A DNA stretch of 64,000 bases from Candidatus Latescibacterota bacterium (GCA_965197905.1 CBDAOB010000005.1:1888001-1952000), one strand, 5' to 3'. Shown: positions 8,980 to 20,175, counted from the stretch's first letter. Program-made: numbers and translations. Notes: a model not told the origin generated them from the letters alone.

Positions 8980-11900
8980 GTCTGTCTGCCACCAAGAAAC
9001 TTGGCCATAGACACTTCGAATAGCTTTCTCGTTCGGGTCATGGAATCAAACACTTCTGTTGCCAGCTTTTTGCCATCGGACAAGCCGAGAATCTGCGCCA
9101 TCACCTGCTTATCCCCGTTTGCAGGCAACTCCCCGGGAGTCGAACTGCCCATCAGACGATTCGCCTGTTCGACCCCCCGCAGTAGGCGGTAAGCCGCCGA
9201 CAGGCGAGAAGATTCGAGTTTTTTAATGTACTTCAATTCGACGGCCCGAGCCAACGCCCCGGAGGTGTTGGTGCGCTGGTATCCAGTTATCTTTCCCTCC
9301 GCTTTCAAAACGAGAACCTGGGCCAGAAACTCGATGTCGACGAGTCCTCCAATCCCCCGTTTGATGTCCAGTTTTTCAGAGCCACCCCGACTCACGGGTT
9401 CCATCCTGCCACGCATGTCGACGACTGCACGCGCAAATTCCGCGTCCACCGGTTTCGAAAACAGAAACCTGTCGATCGCTGACTGAACCCTGCCCCCAAG
9501 CATCGCATCGCCCGCCACGAATCGCGCTCGGGACAGGGCCAGGCGTTCCCAGTCCGCTGCTCGTTTCGCCAGATAGGTTCGATAACCCGCAAGGGAGAGC
9601 GCCAACGGTGCACTGCTGCCATCAGGTCGCAGGCGAGCATCCAGCTTGTAAAGTCTCAGGTTATGCATCTCCTTGGTCAGTTCCTGTACCAGCTCGACGA
9701 AAAAGACTTTGTTAGTCGATCCTCGACCTGTTTTGCCATCACTACCGTAGATAAAAAACAGATCCAGGTCCGAGCCAAAGGATATCTCCCCGCCGCCGAA
9801 CTTGCCTCCCGCGAAGCACGCCATCGCGACTGCTTGGCCACTCCTCGTACGCGGTTTCCCGGCCCGCTTGACGATCCGGTTCCAAGCCCGGAGGTAAAGC
9901 AGCTGCAGAAGTTTTTCAGCGTGCTCGGAGAGCGACCGAAAAGTCTCTTCTTGGGCGACCTCGCCCAGCAGCAGGTTACAGCCGATGCGCAGCATCGCTT
10001 TGTTGTGCCACGACTTGATCGCCGCAGGTTCGGGGTTGTGCCACAGCTGTTCCGTCGGCGTGTCCTCGACGGCAATAAGGGCGTCCACCAAGCTGGGATC
10101 GTGTTCGATCAACTGGGCCAGATAGACACTTGATCCGCAAACCATCGACAACAACCGCAGCAAGTTGGGATGGTCGCGCATGACGCCGTAGAAAACACCA
10201 GGAGCTCCGTATGCTGCAACGATCTGGCAGAATCGTCGCAGACCGTTATCTGGTTCGGGCATGCCGGAAAAAGAGGTCAGAAGCCGGGGAAGGAGATCTG
10301 CCAGCGATCGGCGCGCGGAGGGATGCGGCGCTCCCGCAGCTAACCCGGATAGAAGCTCCCGGGCGCCAGCCGGCGCCGTGAAACCATAACCCGCCAGTTG
10401 CTCCTGCGCGTCCGCGGCGCGCTCATCCGTATCCAGCAACCACTCCAGGTCGTCTCGAGCCGTGGAATCTTGATGAAATACACCGTCGTAGATCTTGCGC
10501 ACGGCCACGAACAGGCGGTTGAGCTCGAGCTCCAATTCCGCCGCCGAAGTCAATCCCAACAGATGCGCGATCCTGCTCTTGTCAGAGGGTATATCGTGGG
10601 TCGCTCGCCCCTCTTCGATCTGCAACAGGTTTTCGATACGGCGAAACTTTTGATAACAGTCCGCCAACCTGCGTGCTTCTTGCTTGTCCAACAGTGTTGC
10701 GGCCGCGAGGCGGTAAATCGCCGGTAGGGTCCGATGCGACTTCACCTTCGGCCGCGCGCGACCATTGAGCAGTTGCAGTGCCTGGACGATAAATTCGATA
10801 TCCCTTATTCCACCTGGAGCAAGTTTCAGATTTGCCGATGTGCCGTCTGGATCGACGACCTCCCGCTCGATGCGCCGTTTGATGCGCGAGATCTCGTGCA
10901 GCGGCCCAACGTCGAACTCCAACGGAAAAACAAACGGCGTGATCATTTCCTTAAATCTTCGCCATACAGCGTGGGAACCTGCCCCCCTCCTGGCTTTGAG
11001 CAGCATCTGTCGTTCCCACAATTGGCCATGGGCCTCGTAGTGAATCCAGTAGCTCCGCAACGAGCGTACCAACGGACCCGTTGGTCCCTCCGGCCGCAGA
11101 CGCATGTCGACGCGGTAGAGAAATCCCTCAGTGGTCGTCATCGTCACATCGTCGATGAGTTGCTCTCCCAATCGGTGGAAAAATTCGCTGTTGTTTATCG
11201 ACCGCCTCGACCTTCGTGGGGCGGTCTTTCCCTCCTGGTCATACGCAAAGAGCAGATCGATATCGGAGCTAAAGTTCAGCTCCTGCCCCCCGAGTTTCCC
11301 AAGGCAGATGACGCAGAAATGGGCAGGTTTACCCTGTGCGTCGAGCGGCTTGCCGAACCGATTGGTGAGGGTGTCAATCGCCTCCGCACACGCGAACTCG
11401 AGAACGGCGTCGGCCAGATACGCGAGCTCGGCGCAGGTTTTGGACACCGGCTTGGCATCCAGCATCTCTCCAGCGCCGATCCTCAGCAGCTCGCGGCGAT
11501 GGACCTTCCTGAGGGCATCCAAACGCTCTTCGCGTTCCGCCCCAGCTCGGATAGATTGTTTAAATAACAACCGAAATTCGTTGCGGGACAACGAATTGCT
11601 CATACATCCATTCACTCCGAACAGCCAGGTTAGATACTCCGGGTTGCGCACCAGTATGTCTGCCAGAAGCGGGCTGAGGGCGAGAACAGTCGCCAGCTGG
11701 AACCCCATGTCGGGCTCTGACTCCAGACGAGAGTAGAGGACATTCGATCCGCAAACCTCGATCAAACGCTCCAGATTCCGCAGGCCTCGATCGGGATCGG
11801 GGGTGTGTGCAAGATCCACGAGCATGCTGAGCGGAATGGGCACCAACATCTGCCGCGGCCCGGCAAGGCGATCCAGAACGCGGACCGCCTCATCTGGCTT

Positions 11901-12008
11901 TCGAAAACCGAGCCGATCCAAGCGCTCTGCAGCTGCGTCCGATTCCAGCTGCAGAGCTTCGCAGGCCCAGCGTTGTGCCTGGTCATCGTGGGGCGGAGAG
12001 AGGCTCAA
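8976..12008 (-). CDS. glnE: Bifunctional glutamine synthetase adenylyltransferase/adenylyl-removing enzyme
   Basis: Two NTase domains (GKLGGQELNFSSDIDL and GKFGGGEISFGSDLDL), two D-x-RLRP motifs, GGIRDIEF and GGLVDIEF. Confidence 0.95.
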   Translation of the reverse strand: MSLSPPHDDQAQRWACEALQLESDAAAERLDRLGFRKPDEAVRVLDRLAGPRQMLVPIPLSMLVDLAHTPDPDRGLRNLERLIEVCGSNVLYSRLESEPDMGFQLATVLALSPLLADILVRNPEYLTWLFGVNGCMSNSLSRNEFRLLFKQSIRAGAEREERLDALRKVHRRELLRIGAGEMLDAKPVSKTCAELAYLADAVLEFACAEAIDTLTNRFGKPLDAQGKPAHFCVICLGKLGGQELNFSSDIDLLFAYDQEGKTAPRRSRRSINNSEFFHRLGEQLIDDVTMTTTEGFLYRVDMRLRPEGPTGPLVRSLRSYWIHYEAHGQLWERQMLLKARRGAGSHAVWRRFKEMITPFVFPLEFDVGPLHEISRIKRRIEREVVDPDGTSANLKLAPGGIRDIEFIVQALQLLNGRARPKVKSHRTLPAIYRLAAATLLDKQEARRLADCYQKFRRIENLLQIEEGRATHDIPSDKSRIAHLLGLTSAAELELELNRLFVAVRKIYDGVFHQDSTARDDLEWLLDTDERAADAQEQLAGYGFTAPAGARELLSGLAAGAPHPSARRSLADLLPRLLTSFSGMPEPDNGLRRFCQIVAAYGAPGVFYGVMRDHPNLLRLLSMVCGSSVYLAQLIEHDPSLVDALIAVEDTPTEQLWHNPEPAAIKSWHNKAMLRIGCNLLLGEVAQEETFRSLSEHAEKLLQLLYLRAWNRIVKRAGKPRTRSGQAVAMACFAGGKFGGGEISFGSDLDLFFIYGSDGKTGRGSTNKVFFVELVQELTKEMHNLRLYKLDARLRPDGSSAPLALSLAGYRTYLAKRAADWERLALSRARFVAGDAMLGGRVQSAIDRFLFSKPVDAEFARAVVDMRGRMEPVSRGGSEKLDIKRGIGGLVDIEFLAQVLVLKAEGKITGYQRTNTSGALARAVELKYIKKLESSRLSAAYRLLRGVEQANRLMGSSTPGELPANGDKQVMAQILGLSDGKKLATEVFDSMTRTRKLFEVSMAKFLGGRQT

Positions 12009-12027
12009 AATCGCTCACAGTCGGAGA

Positions 12028-12462
<435 letters not shown>

Positions 12463-12571
12463 TCAAGAAAAATATCGCTGAAGCATTGGGCCCGAACAAC
12501 CTGCACGGTCGCCGCAGGTGAAGTTAGTGGCACGTCTGCCAGCACATGTGGCCACGGCCTTGGTAGTCTCT

Positions 12572-12601
12572 TTGACAGAATCCCCCTAAATTACTTATTT
12601 T
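12572..12601 (+). promoter_or_regulatory. Candidate sigma70 promoter for the ATPase/HD-GYP unit
   Basis: TTGACA (12572-77), 18 nt spacer, weak -10 TATTTT, in an AT-rich divergent intergenic region. Confidence 0.35.
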
Positions 12602-12652
12602 TATCCTAGTTATGGATATCATACGCACAGATTCAGAGCTCTGAGGTCTCGC

Positions 12653-13462
12653 GTGTACCGAGAATACTGGGGGCTCGACCAACGCCCGTTCGACAATACG
12701 CCCGACCCGGCCTTTTTCTACAAGAGTGCGGAAACCGCGGAGATTTATGCGCGGTTGCTATATGCCTTGAAGAGCAACAGCGGCGCTATCATGCTCACTG
12801 GCGATTCCGGTTGCGGAAAAACCTTAATCACTCGGGCGCTCATTCAAGACCTCGATGCCAACAACTCGGAATTCGCCCTCGTAACCAGCCCGTACAAAGA
12901 GCCTCTCGATTTCCTTCGTGAAATTCTATATCAACTGGGAGAGAATGAGGTCGTCGATGACCATGCCCAGGTTCTCCATCGGCTGAACGGCTTTCTCTAC
13001 GACAATTTTTCGGCAGGAAAAGAGACGGCCATCATCATCGACGAAGGTCAGCTCCTTGAGAATCACGAGATGTTCGAACAGCTGCGCCTGCTGTTGAACT
13101 TTCAGCTGAATGACGCCTTCCTGCTCACTCTGGTTCTGGTCGGCCAACCCGAACTCGCGCAGCAGGTCATAGAACATCCACAGCTGGATGAACGGCTGTC
13201 CGCCCGCGCAGTCCTGCGTCCCTTCGCTCGCGAGGAGGTAGACAAATACGTTGAACATCGACTCGCCGCGGCGGGCAGAAAAGAACCCATATTTGGGCCC
13301 GCGGCGATCGAGTTGATCGCTCAGTACAGTGGCGGTATCCCCCGGCGAATCAATCAGATCTGCGACATCTGCCTGGTCATTGCGTTCAGCCGCAAGGTGG
13401 AATCGGTCGAGGAGGAACTGGTGTACCGGCTTATCCTGAACGAGGAGGAGAGCCGTGTTTAG
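12653..13462 (+). CDS. ExeA/GspA-like AAA ATPase (type often found at EPS/PEP-CTERM loci)
   Basis: MY..YWGL..RPFDNTPDP.FFY N-terminus, Walker A GDSGCGKT, Walker B IIIDEGQ, LVGQPEL, SGGIPRRIN. Confidence 0.9.
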   Translation: MYREYWGLDQRPFDNTPDPAFFYKSAETAEIYARLLYALKSNSGAIMLTGDSGCGKTLITRALIQDLDANNSEFALVTSPYKEPLDFLREILYQLGENEVVDDHAQVLHRLNGFLYDNFSAGKETAIIIDEGQLLENHEMFEQLRLLLNFQLNDAFLLTLVLVGQPELAQQVIEHPQLDERLSARAVLRPFAREEVDKYVEHRLAAAGRKEPIFGPAAIELIAQYSGGIPRRINQICDICLVIAFSRKVESVEEELVYRLILNEEESRV

Positions 13463-14645
13463 GGGCCGGCAGATGGTGCGAACGGCACGGCAGGTACGAT
13501 CCGACGGACCGCCCCCGTCGCGCGACGAGGTTATCGCCGCGCAAGAGCAGTCTGTGGAAGAGCCGCAAACGGCTGAACGAATCAGCTTCGCAAGCGCCGT
13601 GCGTCCGGTGTGGACGGGGACAACACAGTGCCCGACGCCGTGCCGACCTCGGCTCTGGACCAAGACGCAGCCGCAAAACCAGAACCCGCTATCGAACCCG
13701 CCCCTGTGGCTCCCGGTGTCGAAGGGGTCCACGTCCCAACCTCTATAGAGCTGGCTGCCGCCGCAGACCTGTACGCGAAGCTGGTGTCTGTTACCGAGTC
13801 GATCTTCGAGGTAGCGGTCAAGAATGAACCGTTGGACCATGCCGGCGTGTTTGGGGTTTTGAATCAGTGTTTGGGGTCTCTGCAGGTCAACGATGACCTC
13901 GATTCGCCAGCGAGAACTGGAACAGACCTTGCCTGTAAGGGCGTCGAACGTCGCCGTATTGAGCCTGCGGGTAGGGCTTCAGTTGAAGTTCGAAGAGCGC
14001 CAAACCCTGGCTCTTGGCCTCTGTTCCCTCGTTCACGATCTGGGCATGACGACGGTTCCCGATGAGATCTTGAGCAGCCGCAAGTTGACCCCTGAACAGC
14101 TAGGGATCCTGCGCCGTCACCCCTTTGAGTCGAGGGCGATGATGGTATCGTTCGGAGAGCAGTTTGCGTGGATCGGAGACATTGTCGCGCAAGTTCACGA
14201 GCGCCAGGACGGCAGCGGCTATCCTGAAGGTCTTAGCGGCGACGATATTCACGAATTCGCACAGATCATTGGACTCGCGGACACCTACGAAGCGATGTCC
14301 CACCCGCGCCCGGACCGCGAGGCTCCCATCACCTACAACGCGCTCACAGAGATTATCGACGTCCGAAATTCGTTGTTCGACCCGGCCCTGGTGAAGGCGC
14401 TGATAAACATCGTGTCGATATTCCCCCTCGGCAGCCTGGTCCAACTGAACAACCGCACAGTCGGAAGAGTTATCGGCGCCAACCGGCTCCAGCCCGCGAG
14501 ACCGTTAATCGAGGTCTTGTTGGATTCTGAGAGAAAGTTACTGAAGGCGCCCCACACGGTCGATCTGATCGACGAACCGATGTTGCACATCGCCGATCCG
14601 GCGATCAGCGAGAGTCGCCTTACTGAGAGCAGCGAACGCCGATGA
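13455..14645 (+). pseudogene. HD-GYP domain protein interrupted by two frameshifts (~13601 and ~13900)
   Basis: Three overlapping track ORFs join into one protein. The GTG start has a GGAG RBS and overlaps the ATPase stop. The last piece has HDLGM, HERQDGSGYP and ADTYEAM..PRP.R. Confidence 0.75.
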
Positions 14646-15609
14646 AGCGGCTGCGGTGCTGCGGAGTTTGATGCTCGCGATAGGAACACCGAAGATAGTT
14701 GGCGTGACAAACCCAGGCACCACCCCTCAAGACCCGCTCTGATCCATCTACTGGCCCACGAGGATTGGCTGAGGGGCTGCTTCCGTAATATCGTTCCGCG
14801 TACCAGTCGTCGACCCACTCCCAGACGTTACCTGCCATATCGAGAAGCCCGAACGGGCTGCTCGCATCGGGCAGATTCCCGACGGGAGCCGCGCCGCGGA
14901 AACCGTTTCCAAGCACGCTCGCCTTTTGTGCCTCGAACTGATCGCCCCAGGGGTAGGTACCACCCTCCAAACCAGCCGCTGCCTTCTCCCATTCCGCCTC
15001 ACTGGGAAGACGTTTGTTGGCCCACTGACAATAAGCCTTGGCATCGTCCCAACTGACGTTTACCACAGGATGATCGGGGTGTTCTTGCGCCGGCGGCACA
15101 GCGCGGCCGCTGTAGGAAGTCGCGTCGAGGAACGCTTGGAACTGGGCGTTGGTGATGGGACAGCGGTCCATGTAAAACCCATCCAGATGAACCATGTGTA
15201 TCGGACGCTCGTTGAGTTTGCCCCGATTCGATCCCATTGGAAATCCTCCGGCCGGAATCCAGAGTGCAACGCCGCCGTCCATTTCATTGCGAATAGCCAG
15301 CGGAGTATTCTCGTCGACACGGATGCCGAGAGCATGGAGACGATCGGAATGTTCCAGCCACACGCGCTGTAGATCGACCGGTACGCGAGAAACGCTCGAG
15401 CGGGCTAAAACCCGTTGGCGGTCGGAGCCGCCTACGGAAGCAGGTGTCTGACTGAGGGTGAGGGACGGTCGATCCGTCTCCGACATACCCGGAATCATTG
15501 AAAACAGGGGGCCGTCGGAACCGCCTTCGGCCTCGACCGCCTCGGTCTTTTTGCGTTCCGTCTTTGTCGGGTCTTTTTGACCTGAAATGTTCTCGAACAG
15601 CATAACCAC
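14620..15609 (-). CDS. FGE-sulfatase (SUMF1-like) domain protein
   Basis: PAGGFPMGS, PVVNVSWDDA, RLPSEAEWEKAA, DMAGNVWEW, RGGAW. The second catalytic Cys of true FGE is not evident. Confidence 0.88.
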   Translation of the reverse strand: MVMLFENISGQKDPTKTERKKTEAVEAEGGSDGPLFSMIPGMSETDRPSLTLSQTPASVGGSDRQRVLARSSVSRVPVDLQRVWLEHSDRLHALGIRVDENTPLAIRNEMDGGVALWIPAGGFPMGSNRGKLNERPIHMVHLDGFYMDRCPITNAQFQAFLDATSYSGRAVPPAQEHPDHPVVNVSWDDAKAYCQWANKRLPSEAEWEKAAAGLEGGTYPWGDQFEAQKASVLGNGFRGAAPVGNLPDASSPFGLLDMAGNVWEWVDDWYAERYYGSSPSANPRGPVDGSERVLRGGAWVCHANYLRCSYREHQTPQHRSRFIGVRCSQ

Positions 15610-15662
15610 CAGAACCGTCGAAATAAGTACTATTCACCTACTAGCAGGAAAAGGCAGCTAAT

Positions 15663-15691
15663 AGGATACGCCAGTGACAAGTTGGTGTCAA
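15663..15691 (-). promoter_or_regulatory. Candidate sigma70 promoter of the FGE-like gene, overlapped by a TGACA-N6-TGTCA inverted repeat
   Basis: Minus strand TTGACA-17 nt-TATCCT; palindrome at 15675-15690. Confidence 0.55.
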
Positions 15692-15803
15692 GTAGTATTT
15701 TGCAATATCAAGTACTGTGCCGGTGCAACTGTTGTCGGCGAGCACAGTTTATACCTTTATTTTATCGGACAATTCTTAAAGATCCCAACGTTGGAGATGC
15801 CAA

Positions 15804-16733
15804 ATGGCGGATGAGCCGATCCCAGACCTGCTCGCGGCGCTATCAAAACTACCCCTGTTTCAAGGCCTCGCGGCCACCCAGGTTGGCAGAGTCATCGCCG
15901 TCGCGGAAGGAAGAAACGTCGCTGCAGGAGAGAAGATCTGCGTCAATGGCACACCGAAGGACGAGATGTTTCTTCTCACCGCCGGCGAACTCGCCATCCT
16001 GAACGGCGAAGGCATGCGGGTGGCGACCATCAATGCCGTAGCAACGGTGGGGGAGCTGTCGGTGATCGCGGGGCAAGCGCATTCGGCAACCATCGCGGTG
16101 GCACAGCCGGGCACCCTCTTGACCATCAAGAAGGGCATCTTTCAACAGATGCTCGACGGCGAACCGGAGCTAAAATCGGCCATTTTGCAGAACGTGATAC
16201 ATATACTCGCTTCTCGACTCATGCAAGAGAATGTTCGTATGCGCGACCACGTGGCCGACAAGAGTTCGCGGGAACATCAGATCAAGGAGTTGCAACAGAA
16301 ACTGACCGTTGTCACCGGGATTCTCGCCGATCGCGGCATCTCGGGCCCCGACCTGGAGGTCGCGATCAAGAAGAAGCTGTCAGGCGGCTCGCCTCGTGTC
16401 CTCGTGGTGGACGACGATCCCGCTATTTGTAGCTTGTTCAAAATTTCCCTGAGGTCTTTTGAAGTGATGACGGCCGAAAACGGCAAGGAAGCCCTGGAAT
16501 TTCTGCAGTCCCAGACCGTGGACCTGGTCATCACTGACATAAAAATGCCCGAGATGGATGGTTTCACGCTGCTCACGCACTTGCGCAACTTGAAGCCCGA
16601 ACTGCCTGTGCTGGCAACCTCGGGTTATGTCGAAGCCGATATGGTTCAGGGTTACGGCTTCACCGACTTCCTGCCGAAACCATCCTCTCCCGAAGAGATT
16701 GTCAATTTGGTTTCAAAATATCTCGAAAACTAG
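15804..16733 (+). CDS. Cyclic-nucleotide-binding domain plus response regulator receiver protein
   Basis: N-terminal cNMP fold (LPLFQGL...VGELS); C-terminal REC (VLVVDDD, ITDIKMPEMDG, KP); no output domain. Confidence 0.85.
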   Translation: MADEPIPDLLAALSKLPLFQGLAATQVGRVIAVAEGRNVAAGEKICVNGTPKDEMFLLTAGELAILNGEGMRVATINAVATVGELSVIAGQAHSATIAVAQPGTLLTIKKGIFQQMLDGEPELKSAILQNVIHILASRLMQENVRMRDHVADKSSREHQIKELQQKLTVVTGILADRGISGPDLEVAIKKKLSGGSPRVLVVDDDPAICSLFKISLRSFEVMTAENGKEALEFLQSQTVDLVITDIKMPEMDGFTLLTHLRNLKPELPVLATSGYVEADMVQGYGFTDFLPKPSSPEEIVNLVSKYLEN

Positions 16734-16767
16734 CCCCGCCTGGGGTAAGGCTGTTGATCGACCAGGA

Positions 16768-17937
16768 ATGGCACTTCAGATCGCAATGGTAACGTCCGAC
16801 GACCTTTCCGAGTTCAAAGGCGGCACCATTCATCTCCTAGAACAGGCGGAAAATCTGGTTCGCTTGGGACATCGCGTCACCATCTATGCCCCGTCGGTTG
16901 GTCGCCTGCCCAGAGCATACGCCGCCGATATCCGCTACCTGCCGGCACCGTTAAGCGGATGGATTAGACAAGGCATCTTCGATTTCTTTCTCTTCCTGAC
17001 GCTTTTCCTGGCGTGCTTGCGTGGTCGTGTCTCCATCATACACGTGCGCCAGATTGGCTATTCAATTTCCGCGCTGACCGCAGCGAAGCTCTGGAGAATA
17101 CCTCACGTGCTGGAGGTGAATGGCATTCTGCGAGACGAGATGCCCGATCTGTCAAAATCAAGAAGGTTTTGGCTGGATATCTGCGCTCGGTTCAATCTGA
17201 AACGGTCCCACGCCTACACCACAACTACGTCCGAGCACATCGAGAGGCTCGAGGAGCTCTACGACGTGGACCGCAGCAAGGCGACCGTGATCCCCTGCGG
17301 AGTCAACGTCGAGCTGTTTGGACCGGGTGACAAAAACGCCGCGCGACGTGAGCTAGCCATCCCCCAGGATGATTTCGTGCTCATTCGCGTGGGCTCCCTC
17401 TACAGCTGGGGTGGCGTCGATCGATTGCTGGCGGGACTGGGTCGACTCGGGGGCAGAATCGAAAACTGGCGCCTAATGCTGGTTGGTGACGGAGCCGAAC
17501 GTCAAGCCCTGGAGGCGTACGCCAAGAAGCTGAACATCGCGGAGATGGTCGGCTTTGTCGGATTCGTCGACTACGCGCTCGTTCCCCAGTATCTGGTTGC
17601 CAGCGATGTAGGTGTCGTGTTCTACACGCCGACCCGCTCGGTACCTGGGGACCCGATGAAAATCTATGAGTACATGGCCTGCGGATTACCAGTCTTGGCC
17701 AGCAGTTTTCCGCGCTACGGCGATCTGGTGCTCGACGCCGGCGCCGGGCTCGTTGTCGATTCGGAAGATCCTCTGGCCCTGGCGGATGCTGTTGTCCAAA
17801 TGGCCACCGCCCCGGAGAAGCGGCGGGCGTTCGGTGAGGCCGGCGTGAGAGCGGCCGCCGACCATTCGTGGTTAGCTCGAACCCGGGTGCTCGAAACCGT
17901 CCTCCTGCAACAGATCGGAGACGATGGTGACGGTTAG
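16768..17937 (+). CDS. Glycosyltransferase family 4
   Basis: IPCGVNVELF, LVGDGAE, PMKIYEYMACGLPV. Start at ATG 16768 with AGGA upstream. Confidence 0.9.
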   Translation: MALQIAMVTSDDLSEFKGGTIHLLEQAENLVRLGHRVTIYAPSVGRLPRAYAADIRYLPAPLSGWIRQGIFDFFLFLTLFLACLRGRVSIIHVRQIGYSISALTAAKLWRIPHVLEVNGILRDEMPDLSKSRRFWLDICARFNLKRSHAYTTTTSEHIERLEELYDVDRSKATVIPCGVNVELFGPGDKNAARRELAIPQDDFVLIRVGSLYSWGGVDRLLAGLGRLGGRIENWRLMLVGDGAERQALEAYAKKLNIAEMVGFVGFVDYALVPQYLVASDVGVVFYTPTRSVPGDPMKIYEYMACGLPVLASSFPRYGDLVLDAGAGLVVDSEDPLALADAVVQMATAPEKRRAFGEAGVRAAADHSWLARTRVLETVLLQQIGDDGDG

Positions 17938-18802
17938 GGGCAGCCTCGTAATACCTTCCCTGAATCGGGCTGATTTCCTCGTGGAAACGGTGCAATCATT
18001 CCTCGAGTTGAGGCACCCCGACTGGGAAATTCTCGTCGTGGACCAAAGCGACGAGAAGTCACTATCGCTGGTGGAATTGGCGGGAGCGAATGACTGCCTT
18101 TCCTACTATCATATAACCGCAAAGGGGTTACCCAACGCTCGCAATGTAGGAATCGACAAAGCCGCCGGTGAAATAGTCGCTTTTGTCGACGATGATGTGA
18201 TCCCGGGTCCGGAATTTCTGACCACACACCTTGAGGCGTATGGGGACCGAACCATTGGCGGCATATCCGGACGGATCATCGACCCAACGGGACATCCAAT
18301 AAGATTTCCCAAACCGAACCAGATAGGGAAGGTGCGAACGATCGACGGCCGACTCAAAACCAACTTTCACGGGATTACAGAGGTGGATGTAGAGCACGCG
18401 CGGGGATGCAACATGTCGTTTCGGCGTCACCTGCTCGTGGAAATAGGAGGTTTCGATTTGCGGTACGGAGGTACCTCCGTTCTCGAGGATGCGGATACGT
18501 CAGCCCAAATCCGTCAACTCGGGTACCGCATGAGATTCTTTCCGCAGGCTGTCGTGACCCATCTCCGACTGGTCAGTGGAGGTTGCCGGTCGCCGAACCA
18601 GCGAAGCTACTTCTATTGGTACGGTCACAACTACCTCCTGTACGCACTGAAAAATCTGCCACGGATCTGGCTACCCATATTCCTCGCCGAACGTGTGGCC
18701 ATTCTTCTGTCGACGGCCATCTCAAATCGAGACCGTGAGATCGTAGCCGAAGGTCTTCGAGGTTTGCGCATGGGTTATCAAAACTTCCAGTCGGGCGTCT
18801 GA
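17924..18802 (+). CDS. Glycosyltransferase family 2
   Basis: SLVIPSLNR, ARNVG, FVDDD (DxD), GCNMSFRR, GGFD, ED. Confidence 0.9.
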   Translation: MVTVRGSLVIPSLNRADFLVETVQSFLELRHPDWEILVVDQSDEKSLSLVELAGANDCLSYYHITAKGLPNARNVGIDKAAGEIVAFVDDDVIPGPEFLTTHLEAYGDRTIGGISGRIIDPTGHPIRFPKPNQIGKVRTIDGRLKTNFHGITEVDVEHARGCNMSFRRHLLVEIGGFDLRYGGTSVLEDADTSAQIRQLGYRMRFFPQAVVTHLRLVSGGCRSPNQRSYFYWYGHNYLLYALKNLPRIWLPIFLAERVAILLSTAISNRDREIVAEGLRGLRMGYQNFQSGV

Positions 18803-18839
18803 AATTCTCAGTCGCTCAACCGAGCGCCTCGGTGCCAGG

Positions 18840-20159
18840 TTACGCCTCTTTCCATACGGCTCGCCACATCAGGATCGCCCAGCATATGTAATAGAGCAGG
18901 TAAGACCAGGCCGCCCCCGGGAGTCCGAACTGTCGCAACGAGGGCACCAACACAACGAAATAGACTATCGTTGCCACCAAGAGGATCTTGAAGGATTCGC
19001 CGGACCGACCCATAGACAACATCACCGATTGATAGGCAAAGGAGGACATGGCGATCGCCACTGCAACGAGGTAGATGATCGCCGTCTCGTAGGCTGCGAC
19101 GTACTGGCTTCCAAAGCTGTAGTGAATGCCCAGATCACCCACTGCTGCGAAAGCGATGAGTGCTAAAACGGCGGGGACCATCCCCATCCAGATCGAGCTC
19201 CTTACCAGATGCCGGAACTCGTCCAATTGCTGCGTTGCCCACTTCTTGGCCAACTCGGGGTAAATAGCCTGAGACAAAGGCGCCACGGTTCGAATCAGAA
19301 TGCCGGTAATCTGTTTTACGACCTTGAACAATCCTGCCGCCGGAGCGCCCAGTATTCCCGCTACCACCAACAGATCGAACTCATTGGTCGACATGCGAAC
19401 TGTGCTATGACAGTTGGTAGTTAACACGAAACGCAGCAGTCCGGGGTTCTCCCTGAACACTTCTTTGCACCCTTCTGATTGCTCTGCAACGAGATCCTGC
19501 TCTCGATAGACCTTCCATCCCAAAAACAGTTTCGTCAGGAAACCCACGATGTCCGTGGCCATCCAGATGCCAAGAAAAAAGGGAAATCCGAGGTCGTAAG
19601 CGACGGCGATGGCAACCCCGGCCAACCTGACAACCCCGGTTATTCCGCTTTGGAACGCTAGGAGCTTGAATCTGTCGGCGAGCCGAATGATCGCCGTGGG
19701 CACTCCCGCGATATTAAAGAGTATGACGATGCTGTAGAGCCGGGCAAGATCTACGGTCTCTCTCCCCCAGTCCTGCCAATCGCCGACCCATTGGGCAGCG
19801 ATTACTGAAACGAGACACCCCAGAACAGCCGTAGACAGATCGAGGTAGATGCCGACCTTGAACAGCCCCTTCAAGCCCCTTTTGTTGCTCGCCTCGAAAT
19901 GAGCGGCCCCGTATTTCACCAATGCTTGCCAGGATTGGAAATTGATCAATAGATCTACCGCAAAAACGTAGGTCTGAATCAGGACCAGAGTCCCGAACAG
20001 TTCGGGTCCTAAAGCGCGCGCGGCGATCACTATGGAGAGAAAACCAAACAGATCCCCGACCAGGCGTCCGCTCAAGAGATACCCAGCATTCGTGAGGAGA
20101 CGGCGAATCAAGTTGGTCTCGCCCTTTTCCCCATCGAGTGAGGAATGTTCGGCACTCAT
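18840..20159 (-). CDS. Wzx-type oligosaccharide flippase
   Basis: About 12 TM helices; ARALGPELFG N-terminal motif and FGLPGAAW C-terminus of the polysaccharide flippase family. Confidence 0.82.
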   Translation of the reverse strand: MSAEHSSLDGEKGETNLIRRLLTNAGYLLSGRLVGDLFGFLSIVIAARALGPELFGTLVLIQTYVFAVDLLINFQSWQALVKYGAAHFEASNKRGLKGLFKVGIYLDLSTAVLGCLVSVIAAQWVGDWQDWGRETVDLARLYSIVILFNIAGVPTAIIRLADRFKLLAFQSGITGVVRLAGVAIAVAYDLGFPFFLGIWMATDIVGFLTKLFLGWKVYREQDLVAEQSEGCKEVFRENPGLLRFVLTTNCHSTVRMSTNEFDLLVVAGILGAPAAGLFKVVKQITGILIRTVAPLSQAIYPELAKKWATQQLDEFRHLVRSSIWMGMVPAVLALIAFAAVGDLGIHYSFGSQYVAAYETAIIYLVAVAIAMSSFAYQSVMLSMGRSGESFKILLVATIVYFVVLVPSLRQFGLPGAAWSYLLYYICWAILMWRAVWKEA

Positions 20160-20175
20160 GAGGAAGACTGAAAAA

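Noticed and set aside
12528..12541. Sigma54 promoter for glnB (TGGCAC...)
   Set aside because: GG-N10-GC spacing fails on both strands; it is only a short TGGCA/TGCCA dyad.
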